A stretch of 64,000 bases of DNA from Vermamoeba vermiformis (taxonomy: Eukaryota), in NCBI GenBank assembly GCA_045837725.1, contig JBEWZL010000121.1:1-64000 (forward strand), given 5' to 3'. The notes under the pieces were generated by a model that saw only the letters and a program-made list of their open reading frames with translations, did no database searches and was not told the DNA's origin. Numbering within the stretch: position 1 is the first letter of the stretch; each line of letters opens with the position of its first letter. Below, in pieces: positions 38,046 to 53,905 of this stretch. A program made the position numbers and the translations under genes.

Positions 38046-40205
38046 ATGTCAAAGAGAAGCCACGAACTCAACGATAAAGATAACGACCGACCGTTAAAAA
38101 AGCAACGTGTATTAGAATTAGATATGAACGAGTTGCCTGTGGAAGTACTTGAGAAGATCTTGATCTGGGTTCCTAAATACGAACTTAAAGGTAATTAATT
38201 AAACTTGATTGACAAAGTGATGCACCATGATATTCTTACTGCAATAACAACAAAAGTGGAGTTACGTATTTTTTCAATTGAAAAATATTTTTAATTAAAT
38301 AGATGTATCTATGGTGTGTCGTCAATGGGCCTCTTTAACCTCGAACCCAATGTTTTGGAAATTATCATGCGTTATTCGATGGGGCGAGAACGTTTATCCC
38401 GCCACCCTAAGCACGGATCAATTGCCTTCGTACGATCCACAGTTCATTGTTCCCCTGTCAAGTAAGAAGCAAGTATTATCCGACTAATTGATGCTAATAA
38501 TATTCTTAGGTGAATGTGGAGTCGACTGGCACTCTTATTATTTAATTCGGTAATCAATTTACGAAAAAGTACAAGCTTTTCCCGATCTTATTATTTTCAG
38601 ACACCACCTGGCCAATTTCTTAGCATTTCGCGGACACAGTGTACGTTCATTAATTTTCATTGTCTGGAAATCTAACTGCTAGCAAAGGATGAATCGGAGT
38701 TAGCAGTCACATCCATTCTAGTTTGTTTGGAGCCCTACGTTCGCAAGGAGACCGACAAAAACCGTCCATTAAATGGAAAAGATGCAAAGAAATCCTATGC
38801 GCAAGTTGCTACGAGAGTCGCAGAGATTTTACTGGATCAAGATCGCGATCCCGAGCTTGTAACAAAGTTACTTGATAGAAAGGATAATATTTATTACAAT
38901 AGTTTTCCGTGGCTATGTACCAGGTACGTACATCGATGATTAAGTGGTGAATCTAATTTAGATTATCAGGCTGTCGCGAATCTGCCACTTATTGCTGCTG
39001 AAACCAATCGACAATTTCAAAAAAAGGGTTTTTCCCAATACATATAATTGGCTACAAAGGTGCTTCGGTTTAATTAAGGAGATGAATCAAAACGATTGCG
39101 ACGTCTTCGCGGAGATGATCCATCAATGGGTCCGATGGGCGGGGTGGGAAAATTCAATTTACGAATGTTATCTGGATACAAAGACCAATACAAGGACTAA
39201 GAATAGAGCAATGCAGCGAGTATATTTTGAAATCGCCAAAGAAAAAATCAATGATGACGTAGATCCGGTAATTCAGCAACGTTATTTGAATTGGTCAATC
39301 TACAATAGAGATGTAATCGAATCAAATAGCGATGGTATTCTGCAATTATTCGAGTAAGTAGAAATCAAATCTAGATTATCGGGCAACTAATTTAATTTAA
39401 TCAGGTTGGAGAAATCAGCATGCCGGTCAAAATATGAATTAATAAGAGATATGGGAGTACAAGGCCTATCAATCGTACTTACTGCCCAAGATCATCTCAA
39501 TGACGAGCATATAATGTTCGTTTATGAAAAGTTTTTATCGACGCTGAAATCATGCCAACAGCGTGACGTGTAAGTATTAATACTTAATGAATCCTCGCCA
39601 GAATTTCTCGCACTTATTTCTAAGAATAATTTTACGCTTTAGGTACTGGTTTGTTTCAAACATCGTCAAATTAGCAAGACGATTGAATATGATCCTCAAC
39701 GATGAAAAATTCGACGATCTCAATCAAACGATACTACGGCGCTTTAGCGGTGAGGATCTTAACCTGACTATAGGCTCGTTCGATATTTTTGGCACTTTTG
39801 GTACTGCTTTTGGCAACCGATTACAGAAGGTAGGAGTTATAATACATGTATTATTGAAATCCGTAATTAATAATTAATCGCTATTTAAATTAGTATTTGC
39901 CTGAATACAGTCGGGTACTTCTAAAAATACGCCACCCAGTTTATCCTGACGAGCCATTTAAATCTCTTATTCAACTAGGTAATTCTGATGTGTAACATCA
40001 ATCAGTTATTTAGTAATAACTAATAATGATACTATTAATTTTAGGGTACCATTCACTTGGTGAAGAATTTACAGCGGAGGCAGAAGCGCTGTGCAAGCAA
40101 AACGGATTTCCAATTTTGAAACGATGTACTTGCCAAGTGTGCAATCACGAAAGGAAGAAGAAAGCAAAGGAATACTTCCAATCTCAGATCAATAAGAATC
40201 AATAG
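38046..40205 (+). CDS. F-box protein with N-terminal NLS-like motif and unknown helical C-terminus
   Basis: RPLKKQR; MNELPVEVLEKILIWVPKYELKDVSMVCRQWASLTSNPMFWK; multiple GT-AG introns. Confidence 0.75.
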
Positions 40206-40307
40206 TATTCCTTCCAAAGTTGCTGCTTCAACCTGTTCGGATCCGCTAAATTTTTGATTGACACCGGTTTTAAAAAATGCTCTCCTGTTCTGCTAAGGCA
40301 AGGAAGG

Positions 40308-40407
40308 GGTCTAATTTACAATTTCGATGCAGAACTGGCACTACGCTAGCAGGAAATAACGGCGTAAGTATTTGCTGCTTGATCTAGATCCAAAGAAAAT
40401 TTGACGA
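40308..40407. repeat. ~100-bp direct repeat, copy 1
   Basis: ggtctaatt(t)acaatttcgatg...ggcgtaagtatttgctgcttgatctagatcc...tttgacga also occurs at 41142-41248. Confidence 0.9.
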
Positions 40408-40529
40408 AATACATAATCTTTATAGTGATTATGGCCTTTTTAAATTAAGCAAATCAAACTCGATCGACTTACCAAACTTGAACAACGTCGTAAATTAGCA
40501 ATCCAGCAATACATACAACTTGAAAGAGG

Positions 40530-40835
40530 TCATTTATATTCCGGTAGGGCAAAGAACATATCCGCTAGGTTCCAATCATCGTAACAATATTGTTTAGCAT
40601 TTTGTCGGATTACTACTGAAATGCCAGAGCCTTGAGAACGAAGTTTAACTCTTTCTAGTCGTCCAACGCCGATATCTCGGTAGAAATAGAGCTTATCGCC
40701 GTCCTTCTTAGACGTATTGAAATACCGTCCATCAGAACCTATCACGGTAGGAGAGCCCATGTACCAGTTAATCTTCCATTCTTTGTTATTATTAGTGTTC
40801 ACAGGGGTGAAGCCGATAATTTTTGACCAATCCAT
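40530..40835 (-). CDS. Intronless 101-aa orphan ORF between the direct repeats
   Basis: ATG-initiated ORF with globular, aromatic-rich composition; no family recognised. Confidence 0.45.
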   Translation of the reverse strand: MDWSKIIGFTPVNTNNNKEWKINWYMGSPTVIGSDGRYFNTSKKDGDKLYFYRDIGVGRLERVKLRSQGSGISVVIRQNAKQYCYDDWNLADMFFALPEYK

Positions 40836-41141
40836 AAAGCTGTTGCTCGTTAGTTAAAATATCGTCGTTGTGTTCGCTTTAGTCTTTAAACAGATTTGTC
40901 GGTTATTTTGTTTACCAGAAGCTGCAAATTTTGTTAGCAAGGCACAAGATTTTTGGGAGGAAGAACCAAAAAGAAAGCCGCGTAATGTCAAAGGTTAATT
41001 AGAGCTGACGGGCAAGAAAAGTGGTCGGCATCAGAACGAACGAGAAATTCAAAAAGTTGTTCAATAGGAACTCCTCGAATATGAGCGAAGATCGTTCGAG
41101 ACTGGTTAGGCAACGCTAGTTCTCTTGAACCACAATGTATT

Positions 41142-41248
41142 GGTCTAATTACAATTTCGATGACTGAACTGGCACTACGCTAGTAGGACTGATGATATAA
41201 CGGCGTAAGTATTTGCTGCTTGATCTAGATCCAACAAAAATTTGACGA
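41142..41248. repeat. ~100-bp direct repeat, copy 2
   Basis: Matches 40308-40407 with small indels. Confidence 0.9.
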
Positions 41249-41313
41249 GTTAAGTAAGACCAATACGAGACAATCATAAAAGGTAAAACGGTTTTTTATG
41301 AGAAATTTCGATC

Positions 41314-43716
<2,403 letters not shown>

Positions 43717-44157
43717 TCAATAAATATTATTTACAGTAGTTCCTTGTTCAAAATGTGTTGTGTTATAAACTGAATTCTTGAAAACAAAGCAAGAAGAGCA
43801 GAAAATCGACTTTTTGTCGATCGCGGAGCTTCGGTAGAATCGTCTCGAAGCAACATCCGCCGGAGATGACTCCTTATTTGGAAATCTCTTTCAACCGTTT
43901 GGAAATCCGCAGCCCGGCAAGGCTCCGCGGCCGGTGACCAACCGTTGTAGTGATCTGAAACGGCGGCGCTCGGATCCTTAATTCGTTGAACGCCCATAGC
44001 ACGAGAAGCATTAATACGGATTTTAAAATAATGCCACCAGTTTCAATGTAGTAACTTAACTTAAGCAGCGCAGTGGCAGCGATTACGAGGCAGAAGTTTG
44101 TACGAATGCTGCAACCCGTTGTAATCAATAAATAGTACTTTAATTTTCTTTGTAATA

Positions 44158-45328
44158 TTACATTTCTATATCTACACCAGTAGTTTGCGTCTGAGTCTGA
44201 GTGCGGGTAGCACCACTCGGGGATTTAGCGCTGGATCGAGACGAGTACTTCCTGCGAACGCTGTCGAGATTGAAGGTCCATATTCTGCAGAACGAGTCGA
44301 AATATAGAGCTAAAAATAGTACAGCCCAAACGGTGATGTACGGCACAGGGCGGGTTGAGATTGAATCCACGATGAAAAGCAATCCGACAATGACCGAGGC
44401 AAGCTTCGCTACTCCGCTCATAATCATATCTCTATTAACCTAAATATTATACTGTTAACAAAATATACGATGAAGCAGCGAGAGAAACAAAAATAAAAAA
44501 TAGCGGATTTGCTTACCTTCAGCAGCTGTTGCATGCGTCGCTTTTTCTTATCAGCGGAGCTCTTGGCTAATCTTCGCATAATTTTGACGATAGTTACGGT
44601 GTAAAAGATCAAAAATGCGAGCGAGATGCCTGCGTAGAGCCCAGCCAAGACATTAATTATGAGAAAGTTGGGGGTGGTTTTTTTAGTTCATGGCCATTTT
44701 TTTTGCTGGCAATTTTAATACTTTATCATTTAAGAATTACTACTGGGAAGCTATTAAATATTTAGTCGTATTGTCAAATTTAAATTTAATACAGTACCGC
44801 TTGGTGGATTCAACGGTTCAATGTCATTCGTCAACAAAATGAAAGAAGTTCGTTGGATCTAAATATACATACCTCCAGGCTCGGCGATTAATATGCCAAT
44901 AGCACCTTCATCCTGCAGCTTCTTAATCGTAGTGAAATAGCTGATAGGAATCACTTCTATGAAAACAATTTTTCCTGCGACGGATGTAGCGTTCTCTAAA
45001 GCCAACTCTCCGCGAACAGTATCAAAGAAGATGCTAATATCATCACCTACAAATAACAATGCCGTCAATTAAATGATTCATTTTGCCCTTAATCGCGGAA
45101 AAGTTCCGCGCCATCCAAATATTAAAAAAACGAATCTTTCAAAGTTTAAATGCTCGATATATGATTGTAATTCACTATAATCTTACCTTTTTTGAACATT
45201 TGAGCAGTAATGATGCTTGTATTCGCAAGAGGACCGGTTTCCACGACCAAATTACCAGCGGCTGGATTTGCGCCAAGCGCCAGCACCACCACGAGTACTA
45301 ACAACGAGGTCTTAATAGCACTGACCAT
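44158..45328 (-). pseudogene. PA-domain 7TM receptor-like paralog A, missing the central exons
   Basis: 5' exons and last two exons are homologous to paralogs B and C; the exons between ~44650 and ~44870 are absent and the junction is homopolymer-rich. Confidence 0.6.
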
Positions 45329-45900
45329 ATTGAATAGTATATGACTATAGTTCGCTCGTGTGGTTGTGCGTTTGCGATTTCATATTCGCTGTAACGATCC
45401 GTTGTTAATGAGTTTTTGTCATCGAGGAGCTTTCCATTTGACAGCTGATTGTTTGCCAAATTTAGCTCTTGTTCAGTGAATAAGGATCTTATATGTAGCT
45501 TATTACGTGTCGGTATACCAGCCGTCTGACTGAGAGCTGAGAGCTGTCGCGTCGATCCGCTAAGAAGCTTGAACGCATGCCAAACCGTTATACTCCGCAG
45601 ATCTTGAGTAAATCGTTCTGCGCTAAACAAGGGACTTGGTTAGTCTATATCATTATATAACGGACTAATACAATTTTCAGTGGTGTCGCGTAAATTAAAT
45701 TGCTCGTGCTTCACGGATTTAAATTTGCGAACTTTTATACAAACCACCAAAAAATTCAAACGACATTAAATTTCATATTTCCTAATAATACTTTGCATAT
45801 TAATAGGGTCAAATAATTAATTAAAAATTAATAACCAGAATTTAGAAAGTCAAATTTCGTATGCACGCAAAGCTTGTACGTTTAATGTAATATGGTTCAG

Positions 45901-48626
45901 TTGTTACGTACGTGCCGAAACCGAGCCATAAAGCAGCCAATACTTTAGAAGTCGGTGAATTGTTGGCTTCACATTCTCAATCGATCGTGGAAGTATTCGT
46001 TCGTTTTTTTTGTGCAGGTGAGCACAAAGTGGTGATGGAATTAGATCGCCACGTAACGCAAGATAAGTACCTTGCGTACTTAATTGCTACTCAGAGCAAG
46101 TGGAACATTGATGGTAAATAATTGAGAATAATAAAATTTTAACTGAATCAACAATTTTTTTAAATATTTTAGCCGTGTAATACTGGATATGAAAATCTAA
46201 TTGTATTATCCGTTGCAATTTTTAGAATTAAATTTTGATTTTTAACTTTTTCAATTATTTAGATCTTGCTTCCTACAGTCAGTATGCGCAAATAATTAAG
46301 GCTCTAGAAACGAACAAGAGAGTTAAGCATTTATGTTTGCATTGTGGCTTGCACGGTGGATTAAGGGAGGCAGATCTGTTAAAGCTTGCCACGAGTTTAG
46401 AAGCAAATAAAACGCTTGAAGCCTTGGAAATACGAGGTCAGCAAATACAAATGATCATTAATATGCATATTGACATTTAATTAGGCTTATTTGACCCTGC
46501 TGAACACGCTCTGGCTGAAATTTTCCACGTTCTAGCGCGCAAGCCCAAATTCAATATTCTCGAGCTTTGTATGTTTTATATGGCATATACGACATATTTA
46601 ATAACATTCCTTAGACGATCTAACACTTGCTACATCCGCATGGCACGCTTTTCTAGAGTTTATACGAGCACAGCCACAATTGAAACAACTGACTCTTCTT
46701 AATTTAAATGAATCCCAAGTGATCGAGTTAATGGACGCGTTACAAGACCACAACGAATTAACTGATCTCAATCTAGGAGGTATGACACGTGTCTTAACCA
46801 AGTTGTGAAAACGGACTTATCATTTTGTAGGCGAAAATAGCGGCACTTTAGAGAGCTTGAAAGCAGTCGCACGATACGTATCAAAGAGCACCAAATTGAC
46901 TAGACTCTTTTTGAACGAAGATGATTTGACGGCAACAACGGCGGCTACGGTGGCTGAAGTGATCGAAATAATGCAGAACAACACCAGCTTGTACCACGTC
47001 CCTTCTTATGGAGCAATAGCCACCAGTGAGTTTGTAAAACGGAATAAGGAGGCACATCTGGCTCGGCAAAGTAAGGCCCGTGACGAGATGGCTGCAGCAA
47101 ATAGTGGACGTTGGCAGCCACCACCACTGTTAGCCCCAAGCCTTAGCCTTGACCCGATAATTGAACAACTTCCTAATGATATAATCCGAGTCATACTATG
47201 GCAACTCCCAATCAAACCATTACTTAATTGCAAAAGAGTCGACAAGTGGTTCTACACGTTCATGAACAATGAGAAGTTCTGGCGTGGCTATTACCTGAAG
47301 TTCTTCTCGTGCATTCCTGGTGACATCTTAGCTTTGACAGACATCACCTATGGAGCCAAGTTGATGGCTGCAAGTTCAATGGATGACATTACTACAAGTG
47401 TTTGGGAGGAGATTGTGATTAATTCTTTCAGAGCTCGAATCGTTGGTTCGGATGTGTTTCCAACAAACTATTGCATGCCATCCATGGAGCCAGTCTTCCA
47501 TCAATACCCACAGCTGATTGGCACCAAACAGGCAGAATGTTCAGTCGATGTTTTTCCACCTGACCGATGGTATCATAAGACAAAGGACGCACCATATTCT
47601 AACACATGGTTCACGTTGTTTGCGAATAACGCAGCTGTTTATCACCTTGGTTTTGAGAAGCTGCATGACGGCCAGTACAACGGAATCTTACTACTTGCAC
47701 CTGACTGTCAAGTGTGGCGTGAAAGGTTCACTTACATGGTGTACATTTTTGATTGGTTTTCAGCCAAGAACGAGGCTGAATTTGCAGACAAAATGAAGCC
47801 GTTGTGCGAAGTCTACTTGACAGCTCGTGAAAATTACAATCACTGTTATAACACAATGCAAGAGCCATTCAACAAATACATTGAAGGTCTAATGAAAGAG
47901 GCAGTCAATAAGCGTCATAAAACCATTCAGGCTATCAACTTCAGAATAGAACAGTCTGCTAAAGATTATTGCAGTGAGCAGGGGATTGACCACACTAATT
48001 CAGCATCATTTATCAAAACAGTTGATAGTCTTGCAAGCTATTTCAAAGGTGCATCAGACAAGACATTTGAGACAGAATTTTCTCAGCTAAAGCAAAAGAT
48101 GCCTGTGAGGTCAGCTCTCAATCAAAAGTATGGACTTGACAATGGTCTTTTCCATAACTTTAATACATATTTGTGGAGTGCACCTAATGCTGCAGGCAAA
48201 AAAGATTTCAAAATTCATCAGAGGAACAGAAAACAGTCTAAACCAGTTGGGCATGTAGCATTGATGAAGTTGTATCGTGTAGCATTGAACTTCACTTTGA
48301 TGGCAGTGTTGAAGACTTTTTGGCCAGTTGACATTGACCATCCTGACTGTGAACTCTATCCTTTTATCAAGTGGGTAAAGGATGCTAAGACTTTGTACAG
48401 AGCCATATATTATCCAACTCATTACACTGCATTCAGCAATGTATCTGTTAGTAATGCATCTCCTGCTCAATGGCCATTGATAGCTGTTGGTTTGGCAAAG
48501 TTATTGTTGCCAACTATTATTTCTAAAGTTAATAGATTGATTCAGAAACAAGAAACAACAGAGACGTTTATGGATGAAGTAATTGGCTGTGCTAACAAAT
48601 TTTTAGTGTTTTTCAAATGTCAATAA
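45901..48626 (+). CDS. RNI-like LRR, internal F-box and unknown C-terminal domain (start not resolved)
   Basis: ALETNKRVKHLCL, SLEANKTLEALEI, NNTSL repeats; IEQLPNDIIRVILWQLPIKPLLNCKRVDKWF...FW F-box in the 589-aa terminal exon. Confidence 0.7.
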
Positions 48627-48945
48627 AATTTAATGCCAATTTTGTTGACACTCTAGAGATCATCTCCAGAGGATAAAAGCAATAGAAGAGAGCGGATCCG
48701 GTGAAAGTGGGCTGCTCAACTAGAGATGCTAGCCTCTGTTTTGCAGATTGTCACAACCAGATGAATGTTAACTTTGCAGTTTAGACTCTATAAATTGTGA
48801 AGGTTGACACTATGATAAAACAATAGGACTATCAGCTTGGATTGTAGACTAAATTTTGCTAAGAAGTTGACAAATTGACTGTTAAGGGCTAAACTACAAT
48901 TTATTTACAGGATAGGACAAAAGAGATCATATACCACCAGTGCAT

Positions 48946-51061
48946 CTAGACTTCAGTGGAAACAGGAGAAGGCAATTCCGCTGTTGTAGTGCTATTTGTA
49001 GTGACAGCGCTATTAATAGACAGCTTGAGATTATTTTCGCTTTTTTCAGTGTGTGTCGTTCTCGATCTTGAGCTGTTAAGGTTTATGCTTCGGCTAGAGG
49101 ACGAGGCTCCCTTGGCAGACTTGAGATTGAAGGTCCAAATACGACAAAACGAGTCAAAGTATAGGAGTACATATAATACTGCCCATAATGACACGTAAGG
49201 AATTGGTTTTGTTGCGATGGATTCGCCAACAAAAAGAAAACCCACTGCAATTGTCGTGAACTTGGCTACGCCACTCATAATCATATTCCTATTTATCTAT
49301 AAATACCATTAATACGATATTTCAATAAATTATGAAGTAGTAATTTTGTTTCAATCTTATTCAATAATCTTGCAGTCAAAATATTTTTCGCATCCGGTAC
49401 ATCCAACAACTTACTTCCATTAAATTTCTCGTTCTCTTAGTAGTCTTCGAAGACTTGGCCAATCTGCGCATAATTTTGACTATAGTAATTATGTAGAAGA
49501 TCAAGAAGCCCAGGGCAATCGCTGCGTACATCGCTGTAATGGCTGTCGTGAATTTGACGCCCAAGAACAAGTTGAGCAGCGGGAACAATACCGCCAAGAA
49601 TAATAACACGCACGTGAACACGTAGAACGGAATTTTGAGCTCTACTCAAGAACGGGTAGATCCGCACTGATGCATCCGTCATTGCTTCGTGCCTGAAATA
49701 TTCCATTAATACCAGAATTTAAACACAATATTATATTGTAGTATACTTACCAGTACATGGTGATCAAAAAGAAGGTTGGTTGAGTGAACAAGCCGTTGAA
49801 TGCTTGAAATACCGCTACGACTCCAAAATCGTAGTTGAAGAAACAGCCGAACGGATCTCCTGCGAGATAAACTACTCGTACTATAATATAATTAATATTA
49901 GTATTATAAGAATGCGACTATTGGTCAAATGCGGTCCAATATAAATTTTTTGTAACGTACTGCAATTTCCGATAAACTCGATCGCCAAACAGATCTGAGG
50001 CACATTGAATTGAGAGCCTTGGTAATAGATGAATAGAACTAGTTTGATAGCTGCATATACTGCCAAAGATGAGCCAATAATCGAGTAAATTACTCGATAA
50101 ATAGCCAAAAATGCATGCGAGTTAAACACATCCGTCCATTGATTGCCTATTGATACCAAAATAAATTAGTACTTGCACAGTATAATTTCGAGACTCGTAT
50201 TATCTGAATTTACGCAAAGAAGGAAATATTATTTGCTGTCAAAACTGTCAGATCCGCTACTTGAAATCGAGTTTACATTGATGGTTACGCAAAGCGGAGG
50301 TAAATTTACTCCGTTAGCGGTAAATCTAAAATTTTACCTTCTGAAGTTAATGTTATCTCGACCGTATTTCCATTCTGGACCAAGGCTAGTATAGGCTCGA
50401 GATCCTGCGTAGTGGCTAACGAGATCGGAATCTGAATCTCGTTTAAGAATTTTTCGCCATTATATGTGCAATACGATCTTCCAGGAACAACTACAAAAAG
50501 ATAATTAATATCAATCGCTACACCGATTTTAAAAATAGGTCGGTTTTAACTCGGGACAGGTAATTTCAAAATTATTTTCTTTTGCGGTTATTTTTAGCTA
50601 CATTTTATCTACCGAGACTTACTTCCGCTTTCCGCGGTTAATATGCCAATAGCACCCTTATTCTGCAGATCTCTAACAGTGGTGTAGAAGGTGTTCGGGA
50701 TCAGTACCAAATAGACGATTTTGCCATCAACGGATGTAGCATTGTCGAGCACCAATTCGCCACTGATTGATTCAAGGAAGATACTATAGTCATCACCTAA
50801 ATGAAAACAATATTAATTTGACGAATCTTATAGTTTCGTAGCAACTAAATTTCAGATTTCGTTTTGATCTCGTTTAAACTTAACTGTAATCTATCTTTTA
50901 TCGATTATAGTCGTAAAAATATTAGCCTTACCTTTCTTAAATACCTGCGCAGTGCTTATAGTCGTATTTGCAAGCTCTCCGTTAGTCACCGTTAACATGG
51001 CAAAACACGAGTGGATGTGTAGCACCAAAATGATCGTTGCAAACAAAAAGCTTGGCTTCAT
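48946..51061 (-). CDS. PA-domain 7TM receptor-like paralog B (1-nt frameshift at ~49642)
   Basis: Signal peptide; VDGKIVYL...LQNKGAIGIL...IPISLA PA-like domain; ~7 hydrophobic helices; Ser/Thr-rich tail. Confidence 0.75.
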
Positions 51062-51850
51062 ATTGATAAGTACTGCTCTGTTGTGCTATTCACAAACGGA
51101 TAATAAAAAATAGGTACGTAAATGCGCATTTATCCTTCGCGAATCGGTTTACGCAACAGTATACGTTATTCCTAATTTAGATTGGACGGAAATATTCGCC
51201 AGGATTTTGTACAAAATCAAGCGCTAAACAGCAGTAGTAAGCATTTAAGCTAAGCAACTTATGGCATAAAATCGATTATGAGGTGAGGCTGCATTTCCCT
51301 CGCGAGGAAAATTAATCTGGTTCTTGAACAATTTCATCCAAATTAACGTTAAAAATGCATAGTAGTACGTTTGGTATATTTTGACATATGCGGTATGATG
51401 TTAAAATGAAGTTTTGAAGTCAAATCTAGGTAACAGAATAATTATTGTCGCCAGAAAATCAGAAGGCCTCCCAAAAATATTATTCGCTAAAATATAATAA
51501 TAATAGGCACAAGTGTAATTTTTCCAATTTTTTTCGGCTTACCAGCACAAGACAAGAAGCGGTTAAGCAAACCATCCGGATTCTACAGCATTCTACATAG
51601 TACAACTAGTGAGGTATTCTCACACACGGAGCGTAGTATTGTTCATATACAATTAGCAGGATAGACATTTGTGGTTTGTTTGGAGAAGGAAAAGTTAATT
51701 TGAAGCTCGATTGAATTTGGTTTTTGTAAACAATCGGAAAAAAAGAACGATGGGTAACCGCCACTTATAACTTATATTAGTATTATTATTAGGCAATAAA
51801 TATATTTACATCACTGGTAGTACAAATTTTTCTAGATCAGTTGTTTGCAA

Positions 51851-53905
51851 CTACATTTCCGTTGTAAGGGGTGCAGGTGGTTCAGTAATTGCGCTATTAC
51901 TTGAGTGCGTAAAATTATCGCCACGCTCAATTTGCGTCGTTTGAGCTCGCGATCTGCTGTTGATCATTCTGCTTCCTGGGCCAGATGAGTTCGACAAAGA
52001 CTTTGCTGCTTCGAGATTGAAGGTCCAAATACGACAAAACGAGTCAAAGTATAGGAGTACATATAATACTGCCCACAATGATACGTAAGGAATTGGTTTT
52101 GTTGCGATGGATTCGCCAACAAAAAGAAAACCCACTGCAATTGTCGCGAACTTGGCAACGCCACTCATAATCATATTCCTGCTGATCTATATATACCATT
52201 AATACGATGTTTTAATAAATTATGAAGTATTGAAGAAAATTTAAGTGTGGATGCACATCCGCTACGCGCGTTACTTGCCTCCATTAAGTGCCTCGATTTG
52301 TTCGTCATTTTCGTTACCACGAGCAATCGGCGCATAATCTTGACCACAGTAATTATATAGAAGATTAAGAAGCCCAGAGCAATCGCTGCATACATCGCGG
52401 TAATTTCGGTCGTGAATTTGACGCCCAAAAATTCATTCAACAATGGGAATAGCACTGCTAAGAATAATAGCACGCACGTGAACACGTAGAACGGAATTTT
52501 AAGCTTGCTCAAGAACGGGTAGATCCGCACTGATGCATCCGTCATCGCTTCGTGCCTGAAGAAGTCCGTTAAAATCATCATCAATGCATAATATCATATT
52601 ATAGTATACTTACCAGTACATGGTGATCAAAAAGAAGGTTGGTTGAGTGAACAAGCCGTTGAATGCTTGAAATACCGCTACGACTCCAAAATTGAAATTG
52701 AAAAAGCAGCCATTCGGATCTCCTGCAAGATATACGACTCGTACTATAATATTCATTAATATTAGTACCTCTTGACGACGATTAATGGTTAAGTTTCGTT
52801 ACGTACTGCAATTCCCGATGAACTCGATCGCCAAACAGATCTGAGGCACGTTGAATTGGGAGCCTTGGAAGTGAGATGAATAGCGCTAGTTTGACTATGG
52901 CGTAGATACATAAAACGGATCCGATAACCGAGAAAATTACTCGATAAACAGCCAAATAAGCATGGGAGTTGAACACATCCGTCCATTGATTGCCTAAAAT
53001 TTAAGAAATTTAATACACGTGCGTCGAAAATTATTCAAAAATCTGACAGCCAGATTATATGGAAGGAAATATCCGCCGTTTCTTATGCTGTCAAAATCAT
53101 CAGTTAAAATGTAATTTGAGATTGCTATAAAACCGGAGAAAAGATCCGCGTATCAAATCAGCATATTGAATCAACGTTACCTTCTGAACTTATTGTAACA
53201 TTGACGCTATTGCCACTTTGAATCGACGCTAATATTGGCTGCAGATCGTCCGTGTTCGCTTGCGCGATCGGAACCAAAATCTCTTGTAAGAAGTCCTCCT
53301 TATTATACGTGCAATATAATCGCCCCGGAATGACTAACAAAGACTATTAATATTGAATTGAAGCATAATTATCATATTTACGAGGAAATGTGAGGGAAAT
53401 GTAACGGATCTATTTTTAGCTCTAATAAAATGCGGATTTTCGTTACTAACGAGACTTACTTCCACTATCGGCAGTAAGTATGCCAATAGCACCCTTATTC
53501 TGCAGGTCTCTAACAGTGGTGTAGAAAGTGTTCGGGATCAGTACCAAATAAACGATTTTGCCATCAACGGATGCAGCATCGTCGAGCACCAATTCGCCAC
53601 TGATTGGTTCAAAGAAAATGCTATAGTCATCACCTGAATAACATAAGAGTCACTAAGATATTGCTAAAGTAATGACGCTAATTCCAATTAAAATTTCGGA
53701 TTCCGAACGGACTCGTTGCGATTATATGTATAATTCAAGCTGTATTAATTTTATATATGAACCTGTATTACTCACCTTTCTTGAATAGCTGCGCAGTGAC
53801 TATAGTCGTATTTTCAAGGTCTCCATTCATTACCGTTAACGTCGTAACACACGAGTGGATCTGCAGCACCAAAACAACCACCGCTAATAACGAGTGGAGC
53901 TTCAT
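51851..53905 (-). CDS. PA-domain 7TM receptor-like paralog C (1-nt frameshift at ~52870)
   Basis: Same exon structure as paralog B with high identity. Confidence 0.75.

Noticed and set aside
40355-40375. ATACTTAC on the minus strand resembling the U1 snRNA 5' end
   Set aside because: Simply the complement of a GTAAGTAT donor; lacks the following CTG and the U1 stem-loops.
48652-48735. Hairpins followed by CTAG, like a Helitron 3' end
   Set aside because: Spacing and flanking base do not fit, and no 5' TC end or second copy was found.
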